Source: Spironucleus salmonicida
Taxonomy: Eukaryota
Length of the DNA stretch: 64,000 bases
Direction: 5' to 3'
Assembly (NCBI RefSeq): GCF_000497125.1
Contig: NC_090599.1
Coordinates: forward strand, 806,001-870,000
This document shows, one piece after another, positions 61,528 through 64,000 of this stretch. The notes under the pieces are model-generated. The model saw only the letters and a list, made by a program, of their open reading frames with translations, ran no database searches and was not told the DNA's origin. Numbering within the stretch: position 1 is the stretch's first letter; the number at the start of each line of letters is the position of its first letter. A program made the translations under genes and the position numbers.

Positions 61528-62650
61528 ATTTTTAGAAATATTTTACTTATTCTAATTTTTATATAATATTACTAATATTTTATATTGATCATAATTACAC
61601 GAAGCAAGATGATGGTATTAAGTTGGATATTAGGATAACATATTTAATAGGCGTACTAAAATTGATATTAATTTGGTTCTTATATTATAGTATTGCAATA
61701 CCATATATTAATTAATAATTTGCATGGTTGTGAGTCAATACAAAAAATTTAATACGGTTTCTAATATGGAATATATTAGAAAGAAAATAACATGTGTTAT
61801 TTTAACATGTAATCACATATCTAGATATCATTTTATATAAGTTTAAACGCGTAATAATTGATTTTTTAAGAAATAATAAACATATTAAAACTGATCTTTT
61901 ATTCTTGGTTTAACAATACTATGATTCTCTAAATCTTACCGTATTAAATTACTGCAAGCCTTTAACTATTAATACTTAGTTATTAAATTTATAGCAAAAA
62001 AATTATTATACTAATAAGTTAAGGGTTAAAATAATAAGTAAGTGTAACTTTAATATAAACCTAGCAAAAAGTAGATACTAAATATTTAAACAATGTATAA
62101 TATAATCAATATACTTACTGTACCGTGTTATTAACCATATTAAATCAACTAAGTTGCAAAAACTACTAATATATAAATTTTAGTTATTAACTTATACAAA
62201 ACATAGCGTTATTAACATACTTTATCTGTGCTATAATTTCAACTTAGATTAAGCATTTGGTAGTGAAAAGTGTGCACAGAAAAAATTAAAAATTAGTTAT
62301 ATATAACTAAAGAATAATTATAGCAACTTATTATTCCAATTTCGGATTTAAATAGGTTTTCATATACTTATATATATTTTAATAAAACTGAATTTTTAAA
62401 AATACTGCAAGCATTTCTAAGTATACGGCTAGTCTAGATGAAAAGAAAAAATATAATATAGTTATTTATATAATTACTTTATTATCTAACAAATGATGTT
62501 CCATTTTATTTAATAAATATATTATTAAATAACTTATATAATTGCTATTTTTAATTTTAGTTTCTTCTACCACATAACCATATATTTTTGTAATTAAAAT
62601 ATAATTACCGACAAATATGTAAACTAACAAGCTAATTTATATAATATATT

Positions 62651-62806
62651 ATGAATGTCATTAAAAAAATGTTCAAGGCTTGTTAAAAAAGTTACCCAAA
62701 TGAATTTTTTTATGTAGATTGGAATCATATTTAACAAGGACCACCTATAACATCTCATAGTACTTCTATCACTGTTGTAGAGGATACAGAATATGTCAAT
62801 GAGTGA
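62651..62806 (+). CDS. Small hypothetical protein (51 aa)
   Basis: ATG...GAGTGA under TAR=Gln. Confidence 0.35.
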
Positions 62807-62939
62807 GTGTATCAGTTTGACTAAGTTTCTTTATTATTTACTAATAAAAACCTTTGAAATCATTATTATCAAAAAAACAAGACACTGTGTTGTCAGTATA
62901 ATTATAAAAAGGATAAATATTTAACGTGGATTAATTTAT

Positions 62940-63125
62940 TCACTCCAAACTTATAAAATCATCCAAATCTAATTCTAATTCTAAATCAAAATCAAATGAT
63001 AGATCTTCTGGCAGCGTATATTTATTCATATTTGGCAAATTTCTGGCACTTTTAAAAGGTTACTATTTTTCTGTAGCCATATGCATATTCAAAGCCTCTG
63101 AAAGTGATCTTCCTTATAGTTTCAT
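62940..63125 (-). CDS. Small protein with acidic tail (61 aa)
   Basis: MKLQGRSLSEAL...FDFDLELELDLDDFISLE-TGA. Confidence 0.4.
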
Positions 63126-63264
63126 TTATATTTTTAAAATAATATTCTTATATCTAGATAAATTATTTTAAAAAGTATTACATATTTACTTTTTATTATG
63201 ATATTCTATTACCAATTATGCTTGGAAAATAAGTTACTTAAATTTGTAGAAATATTAAATAATC

Positions 63265-63876
63265 TCACTCAACATGAATTGCAGGCTACATTTAACCAAC
63301 GCTTTTTGGAGCAAATATTTATAAATATCTATTAAATCTTTTATATATACCTCTTTCTTTCTCAAAGAGCAAAAACTTAGCTTTGTGATGATGATATGCA
63401 TGCGCTATGATTCTATAACTTCTACGTTCTAAAAATGAGTAATTTTTACCTGCTTCCGGCCCATCGCAGTTAGCATAAAACTGTGAAAGACCGCTATCAA
63501 GAAAGTGTGCGCAGTAACTTTACGCGCAACAGTCCACAGGATCGTTTCCATGAACAGTACATAAAAATTTCCATTCCATAGTAGCAAGCATTGTGGGGCA
63601 AGTTGAACGTGTACAATCATCACCTAAAAAAGCAAGAAGATGAGACATTTCAGTCAAAAGAAATAAGAAATTTTCATATCTTAGTACCTTTGATAAATTT
63701 GGCGAGGAATAGGGTGGCTCAAAAAATAAAGATGTCTGCAGAGGGTTAGTTTGAGCAAGCGAATCTAGATATTCCCTTACAGCTAAATGCAGCTACTATG
63801 TATCTGGCTATGCCGGTAAGGCTTTGGACAGGTTAAGAACACCGTTATCATAAAATGCTGAAGAATATTAAATCAT
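63265..63876 (-). CDS. MOB4: Mob4/phocein (Mob1 family), 203 aa
   Basis: LRYENFL...DCTRSTCPTMLATMEWKFLCTVH...DCCAQSYCAHFLD...RRSYRIIAHAYHHH; absent from the ORF track. Confidence 0.85.
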
Positions 63877-64000
63877 TAATTTTTAAGGAAAGGAATATTA
63901 ATATAAATAATATATATTATCTATTATACAATTCTTGCTAATTACCTTCTTTTTTTCATATAATAATATTCTTATTATTATATTTCCAAAATTTTTAAAA

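Noticed and set aside
63384-63440. Box C/D snoRNA (TGATGA)
   Set aside because: It is the antisense of His codons in Mob4, and no box D follows.

Overview
Eukaryotic, intron-free, gene-dense sequence that only reads correctly with TAA/TAG = Gln and TGA as the sole stop (NCBI table 6). The supplied standard-code ORF track therefore fragments or misses most real genes. The code, short intergenic spaces and AGTGA-type gene ends point to a hexamitid diplomonad such as Spironucleus or Hexamita (inference). Recoded genes include a frameshifted histidine acid phosphatase, a Mn-type CDF transporter (x2), eL31, uL23, eL38, cytidine deaminase, Got1, Wee1/Myt1, GSK3, Mob4/phocein, a polyproline-repeat protein and a ~2870-aa coiled-coil protein with six in-frame 894-bp repeats. 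There are 14 tRNA genes (Met x2, Lys x6, Leu x6). The window is heavily rearranged. It holds a 2.6-kb inverted duplication, six alternately oriented copies of a GC-rich CDA/tRNA-Lys/tRNA-Leu/Got1 cassette whose ends mostly fall mid-gene and create chimeric ORFs, an 8062-bp tandem duplication, and a ~12-kb variant-coded 18/20-bp minisatellite that replaces the 5' end of the coiled-coil gene. All translations and coordinates were done by hand; family assignments come from recognised motifs, not database searches.
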